Source: Mycoplasma mycoides subsp. capri (GTDB lineage: Bacteria; Bacillota_I; Bacilli_A; Mycoplasmatales; Mycoplasmataceae). Taken from it: a DNA stretch of 32,000 bases. Below the pieces are notes generated by a model. That model did no database searches. It saw only the letters and a program-made list of their open reading frames with translations, and was not told the DNA's origin. Position 1 is the stretch's first letter. The number at the start of each line of letters is the position of its first letter. The stretch covers positions 150,001 to 182,000 of the forward strand of contig NZ_CP065581.1 of the NCBI RefSeq assembly GCF_018389705.1, given 5' to 3'. A program made the translations under genes and the position numbers. Shown one piece after another: positions 1 through 11,353 of this stretch.

Positions 1-256
1 AATAACCAAGTTTGTTTAAGTGTCTAGCTGTTAAACCTGATCTGTTACCGTGATTACATACAAAAATTAGTTTAGTATCTAAATTAGGTCATCTCTTATT
101 AACGTTATCTAAAACTTCTGGATAAGAGATATTAGTACTTGGTAAAAATTTTTCAAAATTTTCATATTCATACTTATCTCTAACATCAATTACTTGTCAA
201 CCTTTATCCAATAATTCAAAAAATTTATCATTAGAAATTTCAATAGAATTTTTCAT
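1..256 (-). CDS. Rhodanese-like domain protein (N-terminal part; 3' end lies outside the window)
   Basis: Reverse-strand ATG at 256-254 follows a GGTGAG Shine-Dalgarno (ctcacc at 261-266 on +). Translation is MKNSIEISNDKFFELLDKGWQVIDVRDKYEYENF...LIFVCNHGNRSGLTARHLNKLGY, with a CxxxxR rhodanese active-site loop. Two in-frame TGA codons read as Trp. Confidence 0.7.
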
Positions 257-334
257 TAAGCTCACCTAATAATATTTTACTTGCTAAAAATTCTTAAAAA
301 TATTATTGTAAAATATTTTAAAAGAGAGGTTAGT

Positions 335-778
335 ATGTCAAATCGAATTTATATAGGAAACGATCACAGTGCAGTTGAAATGAAACAAGCAATTGTAAAA
401 CATTTACAAGAAAAAAACTATGAAGTAATTGATCTAGGAAATAATGATGGTAAATCTTGTAATTATGCAAAAATAGGTCAAGTTGTAGCTGAACATGTTG
501 TAAATGATACTAATAGTAGAGGTATTGTAATTTGTGGAACTGGAATTGGTATTAGTATAGCTGCTAATAAAGTTAAAACCGCAAGAGCTGCTTTAGTTTA
601 TGAAAAAGAAACAGCTGAACTAGCAAGAATTCATAATGATGCAAACATCTTAGCATTAGGAGCTAGAATTATAGCAATTTCAAAAGCTATTAATCTAGTT
701 GATGTATTTTTAAATACACCATTTGAAGGTGGAAGACATATAGAAAGAGTTAATACTTTAAATGAATACAAAAATTAA
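335..778 (+). CDS. rpiB: Ribose-5-phosphate isomerase B (RpiB/LacA/LacB family)
   Basis: ATG at 335 follows AGAGAGG. The product [24 protein letters not shown]...[15 protein letters not shown]...GGRHIERV matches the RpiB pattern. The track ORF start at 281 is an upstream TTG in the same frame. Confidence 0.85.
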   Translation: MSNRIYIGNDHSAVEMKQAIVKHLQEKNYEVIDLGNNDGKSCNYAKIGQVVAEHVVNDTNSRGIVICGTGIGISIAANKVKTARAALVYEKETAELARIHNDANILALGARIIAISKAINLVDVFLNTPFEGGRHIERVNTLNEYKN

Positions 779-2003
779 TCCATTAATTAAAGAATCATTA
801 AATAAAGAATTAAAAAGACAACAATCTCATATTGAATTAATTGCTTCTGAAAACTATGTTTCTCAAGCTGTTTTAGAATTAAATGGTTCTGTTTTAACTA
901 ATAAATATGCTGAAGGCTATCCTGGTAAAAGATATTATGGTGGTTGTGAATTTATTGATGAAATTGAAAGTTTAGGAATTAAAACAGCTAAAGAATTATT
1001 TAATGCTGAGCATGCTAATATTCAACCTCATTCAGGAAGTCAAGCAAATGATGCTGCTTATAAAGCTTTATTAGAACCAAAAGATCGTGTTGTTGCTATG
1101 AGTTTAGATGCTGGTGGTCATTTAACTCATGGATATCATATTAACTTTTCAGGAAATACTTATGATTTTAGATTTTATGGAGTTAATAAAGATACTGAAC
1201 AATTAGATTATCAAGAAATTGAAAAAATTGTTTTAGAACATCAACCAAAATTAATTGTAGCTGGAGCTAGTGCTTATTCTAGAATTATCGATTTTAAAAA
1301 ATTTAAAGAAATTGCAGATAAAGTTGGAGCTTATTTAATGGTTGATATGGCTCATATTGCCGGACTAGTAGCTGCTGGAGTGCACCCAAATCCAATGGAA
1401 TATGCAGATATTGTAACAACAACTACTCATAAAACTTTAAGAGGAGCACGTGGTGGATTAATTTTATGTAAACAAGAGTTTGCAAAAAAAGTTGATTCAG
1501 CAGTATTTCCTGGTTCACAAGGTGGTCCTTTAGAAAATCTAATCGCTGGAAAAACTCAAGCTCTTTTAGAAGCTTCAACTGATGAATTTAAAGAATATGG
1601 AAAACAAATTGTAAAAAATACTAAAGCTTTAGCTAATGTTTTACAAGAAAATGGTTTAAGACTAGTTGCTGGTGGTAGTGATAATCACTTAATTAATGTT
1701 GATGTTAAGTCTACTTTACAAATTACAGGTAAAAAAGCTGAAAAGATTTTAGAATCAATTGGCATTATTTGTAATAAAAATATGATTCCATTTGATACTG
1801 AAAAACCTTTTTATACTTCTGGAATTAGACTTGGAACTCCTGCAATGACAACTAGAGGATTTAAAGAAGAAGAATTTAAACAAGTAGGATTAATTATTGT
1901 TAATGCTTTAAAAGATCCATCAGAAGAAAATTTAGAAAAACTAGCAAAGCAAGTTAATAGTTTATGTGAAAAATTCCCAATATATCAAAATATTAAATAC
2001 TAA
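762..2003 (+). CDS. glyA: Serine hydroxymethyltransferase
   Basis: 413-aa ORF with [21 protein letters not shown] and the PLP-lysine motif [10 protein letters not shown]. It overlaps the rpiB 3' end by 17 nt. Confidence 0.95.
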   Translation: MNTKINPLIKESLNKELKRQQSHIELIASENYVSQAVLELNGSVLTNKYAEGYPGKRYYGGCEFIDEIESLGIKTAKELFNAEHANIQPHSGSQANDAAYKALLEPKDRVVAMSLDAGGHLTHGYHINFSGNTYDFRFYGVNKDTEQLDYQEIEKIVLEHQPKLIVAGASAYSRIIDFKKFKEIADKVGAYLMVDMAHIAGLVAAGVHPNPMEYADIVTTTTHKTLRGARGGLILCKQEFAKKVDSAVFPGSQGGPLENLIAGKTQALLEASTDEFKEYGKQIVKNTKALANVLQENGLRLVAGGSDNHLINVDVKSTLQITGKKAEKILESIGIICNKNMIPFDTEKPFYTSGIRLGTPAMTTRGFKEEEFKQVGLIIVNALKDPSEENLEKLAKQVNSLCEKFPIYQNIKY

Positions 2004-2007
2004 TTTT

Positions 2008-2035
2008 AAGTACTCTTTTTTTGAGTACTTTTTTT
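2008..2035 (+). terminator. Rho-independent terminator after glyA
   Basis: Stem aagtactc (2008-2015) pairs with gagtactt (2023-2030) around a T7 loop, followed by a T-run to 2035. Confidence 0.7.
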
Positions 2036-2043
2036 AAAAAAAT

Positions 2044-2070
2044 TTGCTAATTAGAATTATTTGTTATACA
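2044..2070 (+). promoter_or_regulatory. Candidate upp promoter (TTGCTA -35, TGtTATACA extended -10)
   Basis: ttgcta at 2044-2049, 15-nt spacer, tg at 2062-2063 and tataca at 2065-2070, about 34 nt upstream of the upp ATG. Motif-only call in AT-rich DNA. Confidence 0.3.
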
Positions 2071-2103
2071 ATCATTCGAGCGCATAAAAAAGGAGAACAT
2101 ATT

Positions 2104-2727
2104 ATGGCATTTACAGAAATTAAACATCCACTGATTATAGATAAGCTAACTAGAATGAGAAAAACTGAAACTTCTTCAAAAGATTTTAGAGAAAATCTAA
2201 ACGAAATAGCTCAATTAATGGTTTATGAAATTTTTAGAGATTTAAAATTAGAACCAGTTGAAATAACTACACCAGTTGCAAAAACTACAGGATATACAAT
2301 TAATCAACCAGTAGTTTTAGTTCCAATTTTAAGAGCAGGAATTGGAATGTTAGATGGGATTCAAAAATTAATTCCAACAGCAAGAATTGCTCATGTTGGT
2401 TTATATAGAGATGAAGAAACATTAGAAATTCATCAATATTTTGCAAAAACTACTAAAGATATTGATAAAAGTTATGTAATAGTAGTTGATCCTATGCTAG
2501 CAACTGGTGGAAGTGCATGTAAAGCAATAGATATTGTTAAACAATGAGGAGCTAAAGAAGTTAAATTTGTTTGTTTAGTAGCTGTAGAACCTGGTATTAA
2601 AAGGCTGCAAGAACAACATCCAGATGTTGAAATTTATGCAGCTTCAAAAGATGAAAAATTAAATGAAAAAGGTTATATCGTTCCAGGATTAGGAGATGCT
2701 GGAGATAGAATTTTTGGAACAAAATAA
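2104..2727 (+). CDS. upp: Uracil phosphoribosyltransferase
   Basis: ATG at 2104 follows [29 protein letters not shown]...[10 protein letters not shown] continues through TGA (2545-2547, Trp) to ...[17 protein letters not shown] and TAA at 2725. The fused product is 207 aa. Confidence 0.93.
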
Positions 2728-2740
2728 TTCATATTTATAA

Positions 2741-2766
2741 ATGATACATTATGTATCATTTTTTTT
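2741..2766 (+). terminator. Rho-independent terminator after upp
   Basis: atgataca (2741-2748) pairs with tgtatcat (2752-2759), followed by a T-run. Confidence 0.65.
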
Positions 2767-2866
2767 ATTTACTCTAAGTTATACACTTTAAAAAATAAAT
2801 GTTTTTTTTAAAAAGAGAGTAGAATATATATAAGGAGTTTCATATTTCAAGAAAGGTTCATTAACA

Positions 2867-3265
2867 ATGTTAAAGCAGATTTTTTTAGATAAACAACTGA
2901 AAAAAGCTTTAATATTTAACACTGTTTGATGATTGATACTTATTATAATTTTTATAGTATTATCAGTGATTAAAACACTAAATTGGATTAATTTAATAAG
3001 TTTAGTTATTGCTTATTTTTGCTCATATATAGCAATATTTTTATTGTTTTTAACTAAATTATTAATTATAAAATATCAAAATCCTTATTTAGTTTATTTA
3101 ATGTTCCTTTTAAGAATAGGTATATATGTTATTCCACTTTTTATTGCTTTGTTATTAAGTGATGAAAATATTTTTAGTTATTTAGGTATTTTAATTGGTT
3201 ATAGTTCAAATCTAGCAATACCATTTTTTATACATAAAAGACTAGAAAAGAAAGGAGGAACTTAA
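2867..3265 (+). CDS. atpI: Small hydrophobic protein in the atpI position (ATP synthase protein I-like)
   Basis: ATG at 2867 is in frame with track ORF 2933-3265 through two TGA codons (NTVWWLILIII...). It has 3-4 predicted TM segments and its stop overlaps the atpB ATG (TAATG). The assignment rests on position and hydrophobicity only. Confidence 0.55.
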
Positions 3266-4128
3266 TGAAACTAGTAACTTTTGCATCAATAAAAGATAAT
3301 TTAGCTACTTGAAATAAATTTAATGGAATTTTAATAACAATTCTATTAGTTGTTATTATAGTTTGTACAATTTCAATTATTTATAATAAAAAAGTTAGAA
3401 ATTATAATATTGATGATAAAATGCCAGGCTTTTTAGTACTAGTAAATGTTTTTGTAGCAAGTGTTGAAAATATCGTAGTTTCAATATTAGGTAAAAAATA
3501 TCAAAAACTTACACCTTATATAATGTATTTATTTGCATATATTTTTATAGGGTGTCTTCTTTCAATATTAGGTCTTGAAGCACAAGGAACTTCTTTTACA
3601 GTTACTTTATCTATGGGAATGGTAACTTTTATAATGATTTATTATTTTGGGATTAAATATCAAAAACTGGCTTTTTTTAAAAGATTTAGAAATCCAGTTG
3701 AATTATTTACTCAATTTACACCACTAATTTCTATTTCATTTCGTTTATTTGGTAATCTAATTGGTGGATCTATTATTTTAGGTTTATTATATGGATTATT
3801 AATTGGTTTTCAATTAAGTTGAGGTGTAAATAATATTGAAGTTGATGGAATGACAAGATGAGCTTCATATGCAATTTGAAATCCTGAATTAGTTGAAAAT
3901 GGTTATTTAAAACAATATGAATATTGATGAGCAGGACTGAACTTATTTACAACACCAATTATGCCATTTTTACATATGTATTTTGATTTGTTTAGTGGTG
4001 TAATTCAATCAACTGTTTTTGCAATGTTAACACTTTCATATTGATCTGCACAAATTGATGATAATGAAAAAAGAGCTGATTTAGTTGATCAAGTTAAAGA
4101 AGAAATAACTAATAAATATCAATCATAA
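3265..4128 (+). CDS. atpB: F0 ATP synthase subunit a
   Basis: ATG at 3265 follows AAAGGAGGA. The frame continues through several TGA codons. It contains the subunit-a signature ISFRLFGNLIGG and ends ...NKYQS TAA at 4126. The fused product is 287 aa. Confidence 0.9.
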
Positions 4129-4157
4129 TATTCTATTAATTAAAGGAGGAATATAAC

Positions 4158-4463
4158 ATGTTACACACAGCATTTATTTCAAATATTTTAGCTAATTATT
4201 TAGGAGCAATGTCAATAATTTTACCAAACATTTTAGCAGTTGAAGGAAATATTAAATACATTGGAGCTGGACTAGCTTCTGTTGGAATTTTAGGAACTGG
4301 GGTTGGGCAAGGTTTAATTGGACAAGGAGCTTGTTTAGCAATTGGACGTAACCCTGAAATGGCTTCAAAAGTAACTTCAACAATGATAGTTTCTGCTGGT
4401 ATTTCTGAATCTGGAGCGATTTATTCACTAGTTATTGCTATTTTGTTAATCTTTGTTGTTTAG
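4158..4463 (+). CDS. atpE: F0 ATP synthase subunit c
   Basis: 101-aa proteolipid with a GxGxGxG loop ([12 protein letters not shown]), RNPE, and a carboxylate Glu in helix 2 ([11 protein letters not shown]). Preceded by an AAAGGAGGA SD. Confidence 0.93.
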   Translation: MLHTAFISNILANYLGAMSIILPNILAVEGNIKYIGAGLASVGILGTGVGQGLIGQGACLAIGRNPEMASKVTSTMIVSAGISESGAIYSLVIAILLIFVV

Positions 4464-4491
4464 ATTTGTTGTTAAGAAAGGATAATAAATT

Positions 4492-5037
4492 GTGTTATTT
4501 CAAGGTTTTAATGTAGTAATTAATGCTACAACTCAAGGTGTTCCAAAGATTGTTGAATCACTTTTTCCAAATTTACCAAACTTTATAGCACACTTATTAG
4601 CAACAATTATTTTAGTTATTGTTTTAACAAAATTAGTTTATAAACCATATAAACAAATGATTGAAAAACAAAGACAAAAAATCACTGAAGTATTAAGTGA
4701 TGCTATTGAAAAACAAACACAAGCAAACATTAAAATAAAGCAAGCAAATACATTATTAGAAGATGCTAAAACTGAATCAGTATCAATTTTAAAAACAGCA
4801 AGAATGGATGCTGAAATTCAAAAAAATAAAATTATTGATAATGCTAATTTACAAGCAAGAAACATTCAATCATATGCTCAAAATTCTATTAAACAAGAAA
4901 AAATTAAAGCACAATTAGAAATTAAAAATACTATAGTTAATTTAGCTATTAATTCAGCTGAAAAAATTCTAAATAAAGAAATTGATAAAAAGACTAATAA
5001 ACAACTTATTGAAGAATTTATAAAAGACCTAGATTAA
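4492..5037 (+). CDS. atpF: F0 ATP synthase subunit b
   Basis: GTG start at 4492 follows AAGAAAGGA. One N-terminal TM segment is followed by a long charged helix, which is typical of subunit b. The gene sits in the operon position. Confidence 0.85.
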   Translation: MLFQGFNVVINATTQGVPKIVESLFPNLPNFIAHLLATIILVIVLTKLVYKPYKQMIEKQRQKITEVLSDAIEKQTQANIKIKQANTLLEDAKTESVSILKTARMDAEIQKNKIIDNANLQARNIQSYAQNSIKQEKIKAQLEIKNTIVNLAINSAEKILNKEIDKKTNKQLIEEFIKDLD

Positions 5038-5038
5038 T

Positions 5039-5584
5039 ATGATTTTAAAAGAAACTACAATAAATAATTATGCAACTGCTTTATTTAATATTGCTGTTAA
5101 AGAAAAGTTAGTTGATGATTATATTATTCAAGTTGATGCTTTAATAAAAAGTTTAAAAGATAAAGATGAATTTAATAAGCTTGTAAGTTTTTCTAATAAG
5201 CAAGAAAAACAAGATGCTATTTTAATTATTGAAAATACTTTTAGCTCATTTGGGTTTGATATTTATCTAATTAATGCACTAAAGATATTAGTTGAAAATC
5301 AATTATTTATAAATACAAGAATGATTCTAAAAGTTTTATATAAAAAATTACTTGCTTATAAAAATATAGTTTTAGGTGAAGTATATTCAACTGAAAAACT
5401 AACTAAAACCCAATTAAATGCAATTAAGAAAAAAATTTCAAATAAAGTTAATAAAAAAGTTGAACTAGTTAATAAAATTGATCCAACTCTAATTGGTGGA
5501 ATAAAAGTTAGTGTTGAAGATAAAGTTTTTGATGGTTCTATTAAAGCTAAATTAGAAGCTCTTAAAAAGCAAATGAATACATAA
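5039..5584 (+). CDS. atpH: F1 ATP synthase subunit delta
   Basis: 181 aa in the operon position between atpF and atpA. The C-terminal ...[25 protein letters not shown] is OSCP/delta-like. Confidence 0.85.
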   Translation: MILKETTINNYATALFNIAVKEKLVDDYIIQVDALIKSLKDKDEFNKLVSFSNKQEKQDAILIIENTFSSFGFDIYLINALKILVENQLFINTRMILKVLYKKLLAYKNIVLGEVYSTEKLTKTQLNAIKKKISNKVNKKVELVNKIDPTLIGGIKVSVEDKVFDGSIKAKLEALKKQMNT

Positions 5585-5595
5585 GGAGGTTTAAG

Positions 5596-7173
5596 ATGAG
5601 TTTTAATATCAAAGAAATCTCTGAGATGATAGAAAAACAGATAAGAAATTATAATAAAGAAATAGTTCAAACAGAACAAGGAACAGTTGTTAGTGTTGGG
5701 GATGGAATTGCATTAATTTATGGATTAGATAATGCAATTATGGGTGAATTTTTAAAGTTTCCAAATAACGTTTATGGAATGGTTTTAAATTTAGAAGAAT
5801 CAGCAGTTGGAGCTGTTATTTTAGGTGATGAAACTTTAATTAGAGAAGGAGATATAGTAAAAAGAACTAATAAAGTTGTTGAAACTCCAGTTGGTGATGC
5901 TTTATTAGGTCGTGTTATTAATGCTTTAAGCAAACCAATTGATAATCTAGGTCCAATTAATTTTACAAAAACTAAACCTATTGAAAGAGTAGCAACTTCA
6001 GTTATGGCTAGAAAATCTGTTTCTCAACCTTTAGAAACTGGAATTTTAGCAATTGATTCAGCTATTCCTATTGGTAAAGGACAACGTGAATTAATTATTG
6101 GAGATAGACAAACTGGAAAAACTGCTATTGCAATTGATGCTATTATTAATCAAAAAAACAAAAACGTTAAATGTATTTATGTAGCAATTGGTCAAAAAGA
6201 TTCAACTATTGTTCAAGTAGTTGAAAAACTTAAAAAATATGGTGCTATGGAATATACAGTTGTTGTTAATGCTGGAGCAAGTCAACCAGCTCCACTACAA
6301 TATTTATCACCATATGTTGGAATAACTATTGCTGAAGAGTGAATGGAAAATGGAAGTGATGTTTTAATTGTTTATGATGATTTATCAAAACATGCTGTAA
6401 GTTATAGACAAATGTCACTATTATTAAGAAGACCACCAGGTAGAGAAGCTTATCCTGGAGATGTGTTTTATTTACATTCAAGATTATTAGAACGTGCTGC
6501 TAGAGTAAATGAAAATTATGGTGGTGGTTCAATTACTGCTTTACCAATTATTGAAACTCAAGCAGGAGATATTTCAGCTTATATTCCAACTAATGTTATT
6601 TCAATTACTGATGGACAAATCTTTTTATCAAGTGAATTATTTAATCAAGGTATTAGACCAGCTGTTGATATTGGTCCTTCAGTTTCAAGAGTTGGATCTA
6701 GTGCACAAATTAAATCAATTAAACAAGTATCTGGAACTTTAAAATTAGAATTAGCTCAATATTATGAATTAGAATCATTTGCAAAATTTGGATCTGATTT
6801 AGATGAATCAACTAAAGCTACTTTAGATCAAGGTGCAAAAATTATTCAAATGTTAATTCAAAAACAACACAATCCTTTAGAACAAGTTGATCAAGCTATT
6901 TTATTACTAACAATTAAATCACATTTAATAAAATGATTACCTGTTGAAAGTATTTATAATTTCAAACATGAAATTTTATCACACTTTAAAAATGATAAAA
7001 ATGCCTTTGAACTTAGAAAAAAACTAGATGAACAAAAAACTTTTGATGATCAATTACAACAACAAATACTAAAAGAAGCTCAAAAAGTAGTTTTAAAAAT
7101 TACTAAAAATATTAATGAATATAAACCAGAAACATTTGGTAATATTTCAGAATATCAAAATTTAGGTAAATAG
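5596..7173 (+). CDS. atpA: F1 ATP synthase subunit alpha
   Basis: Track ORFs 5596-6342 and 6343-6936 and the following segment share one frame, joined by TGA at 6340 and 6934. Walker A GDRQTGKT is present. The fused product is 525 aa, ending TAG at 7171. Confidence 0.96.
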
Positions 7174-7174
7174 T

Positions 7175-9452
<2,278 letters not shown>

Positions 9453-9453
<1 letters not shown>

Positions 9454-9752
9454 TGGGAATTAAATTAAAAATCTTAACACCTAATGGTACTTTTGTTGAA
9501 AATAAAGAAGTAGATATAATTAATCTTAAAACTATAGATGGAGATATTGGGGTTTTAGCTAATATGGCTCCATTTGTAACAGCTTTAAGAAATGATATTT
9601 TAAACTTTAAAGAAAAAAACACATATACTTATATACATGTTGATCAAGGCTTAGTAGTTATTAGTAAAAATCAATGTAAGATTATTACTGAAAATTTATA
9701 TTTAGTAGATAAACAAGACAGAGAACTACCTACTCCTTTAAAACTAACATAA
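9453..9752 (+). CDS. atpC: F1 ATP synthase subunit epsilon (short form, 99 aa)
   Basis: Its ATG overlaps the atpD stop (TAATG). The N-terminal beta-sandwich-like sequence is MGIKLKILTPNGTF...IDGDIGVLANMAP. It ends in a double stop, TAA TAA. Confidence 0.85.
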
Positions 9753-9758
9753 TAAAAT

Positions 9759-9806
9759 AAAAACCTATACTAGTTCTAAATTAATAGAAATAGTATAGGT
9801 TTTTTT
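9759..9806. terminator. Bidirectional rho-independent terminator between atpC and the convergent membrane-protein gene
   Basis: A perfect 14-bp stem, aaaaacctatacta (9759-9772) with tagtataggttttt (9791-9804), is flanked by an A-run on one side and a T-run on the other. Confidence 0.8.
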
Positions 9807-9821
9807 AATGCTTGTTTAAAC

Positions 9822-11009
9822 TTATTTACCAGGTCTTTTAAATAAGCTAAATATAGAACCTTTTCTTCTTTCAACTTTAAAAAAGATAAAGAAGAATGCA
9901 AGAATAAAGAAGGCAATTACAATTAAAATAATAAAGATAATTAGAGATCTACGGTTAGCTTTTTTTTCTAAATCTTTAATTTTTTCATCAGATAAAATTG
10001 GTACTTGTCAATATTCTTCTAAGGCATTTTTAACATATTTAACTGATAATAAAACAATTATATGAATTAAAATTATAGCTAAAAATATACCTAATAAAAT
10101 GTAATAAGGTGTTAGTTGTCCTGGTTGAACAAAATATTGTTTTAAAGTTATTCTAACAACTGTTTCATGATCTTGAAGTTTAGCTGAACCTCATTTAAAT
10201 ATCACATACATTGTATAAATAATAGCAGCTACAATTAAATAAATATATGCAGCTAAACAAAATCAGTTAGCATAATATGGCTTTTTAATTTGTTTTTCAT
10301 ACATTTTTTTAATTAATAAAGGTGGAATACCTTCTTCTGGTTTTTTAGGATAAGGTATATGTAGTTTTTGAGCTTGATATTCTTCAGTTCTATGTTGCAT
10401 ATCTTTTAAATATTTATTATAGTTACTAAATAATGTTGAAGCTACAACGATATAAATAATACAACAAACACTAAGAATAGCTATTATTACAGATAAATGT
10501 CATACTTTAAAACCATTCATTGTAAATAATCAACTTTGAAGAGTTTTGTGATATTGTTTAATATTATTTGGATCGTATAAAAATTGATAATAGTGATTAA
10601 TTAAAAATACTGTAAAATAACCAATTAATCCTACTAAAATAAAAATACTAATAAATGATTTTATACTATTAAATCTAACTATTCTTCTAATTTTTTTATC
10701 AGGAATAAATTTAACTTGTTGATCTGAATTTGAATTGTTATATTCTACTTGTTGTAAATTATATTCTTGTTGGTCATAATATTGATCTTGATAATTTTGA
10801 TCATATCTATAATCTTGATCATAATATCTGTCATCATCATAATCACTATATTGATTTTGGTCATATCTATTATCATAGTACTGATTATGATAATTGTTAT
10901 TTTTATTATCATTTTGATAATATCTATCGTTTTGATTATTGCGTTGCGAATTATTAGATTGATAATTATTATGATTATTTCGATTATTAGATGAGTTATA
11001 ATCGCGCAT
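9822..11009 (-). CDS. Polytopic membrane protein of unknown function with an N/Q/Y/D-rich N-terminal domain (395 aa)
   Basis: ATG at 11009 follows AAGGAGAA. Track ORF 10530-11084 continues through TGA codons. I walked 9822-10530 codon by codon and found no TAA/TAG. The stop is TAA at 9824-9822. There are about 5 hydrophobic segments after residue 125. Confidence 0.8.
10650..11000 (-). repeat. Low-complexity coding region (N/Q/Y/D/R-rich, short imperfect repeats)
   Basis: It encodes ...NSSNNRNNHNNYQSNNSQRNNQNDRYYQNDNKNNNYHNQYYDNRYDQNQYSDYDDDRYYDQDYRYDQNYQDQYYDQQEYNLQQVEYNNSNSDQQ. The DNA shows reiterated gat/cat/aat/att/tga units. Confidence 0.85.
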
Positions 11010-11175
11010 TGATTTCTCCTTATTTGTAAGTATATTTTTATATAATTTTATAAAAATCAAGTAATTCAAATTATTTAACAACAAAACTTTTTTATTTAAA
11101 TATACAAATTTGACAATTCTATTTTTTATTAAAGATAACTTATTTTAAATTGTATTATATATTAGGTTTTTAAAG

Positions 11176-11181
11176 TATAAT
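11176..11181 (+). promoter_or_regulatory. Candidate -10 box (TATAAT) for the mgtA leader transcript
   Basis: A perfect tataat lies at 11176-11181, about 10 nt upstream of the AAGGTGGTGA SD of the leader ORF. No convincing -35 was found. Confidence 0.35.
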
Positions 11182-11207
11182 TAAATAGTTAAGGTGGTGA
11201 TTATTTT

Positions 11208-11312
11208 ATGATAAGTATAGTTTTTTCAGTCGATGAGAGTCCTGAGTCCCATAGTAAGAAAAAATATCGATTAAATACTGTTATAAATAATCCCATAACT
11301 AGTGTTTTATAG
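11208..11312 (+). CDS. Candidate 34-codon leader ORF upstream of mgtA
   Basis: ATG at 11208 lies 7 nt after the strong SD AAGGTGGTGA (11191-11200). It encodes MISIVFSVDESPESHSKKKYRLNTVINNPITSVL and stops at TAG 11310. It is too short for the supplied ORF track and no homology is known to me. Confidence 0.3.
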   Translation: MISIVFSVDESPESHSKKKYRLNTVINNPITSVL

Positions 11313-11353
11313 GTGTTTTATAACATTATTTAATCCTGTAAAGGAGTGAAGAA

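Noticed and set aside
2831-2866. An AAGGAG at 2832-2837 suggesting an earlier start for the atpI-like ORF.
   Set aside because: An in-frame TAA lies at 2831 and no start codon occurs between it and the ATG at 2867. The nearer GAAAGG serves that ATG.
5356-5679. A 107-aa minus-strand ORF antisense to the atpH/atpA junction.
   Set aside because: It lies entirely within well-supported atp genes. Its F/L/I/S-rich translation is typical of antisense frames in AT-rich DNA, and it has no SD.
6509-6742. A 77-aa plus-strand ORF in an alternative frame inside atpA.
   Set aside because: It is embedded in the highly conserved alpha-subunit frame and gives a low-complexity L/Q/K translation. It is a frame artefact.
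10730-10994. Two 75-aa plus-strand ORFs (10730-10957 and 10767-10994).
   Set aside because: They are antisense or alternate readings of the N/Q/Y/D repeat tract of the 9822-11009(-) gene. Their I/L- or H/N/Y-only composition is a repeat artefact.
11085-11353. An M-box (ykoK-type) Mg2+ riboswitch upstream of mgtA.
   Set aside because: The leader is too short and too AT-rich. I cannot find the conserved GC-rich M-box helices or loops. I kept it only as a generic leader/uORF hypothesis, and a covariance-model scan would settle it.
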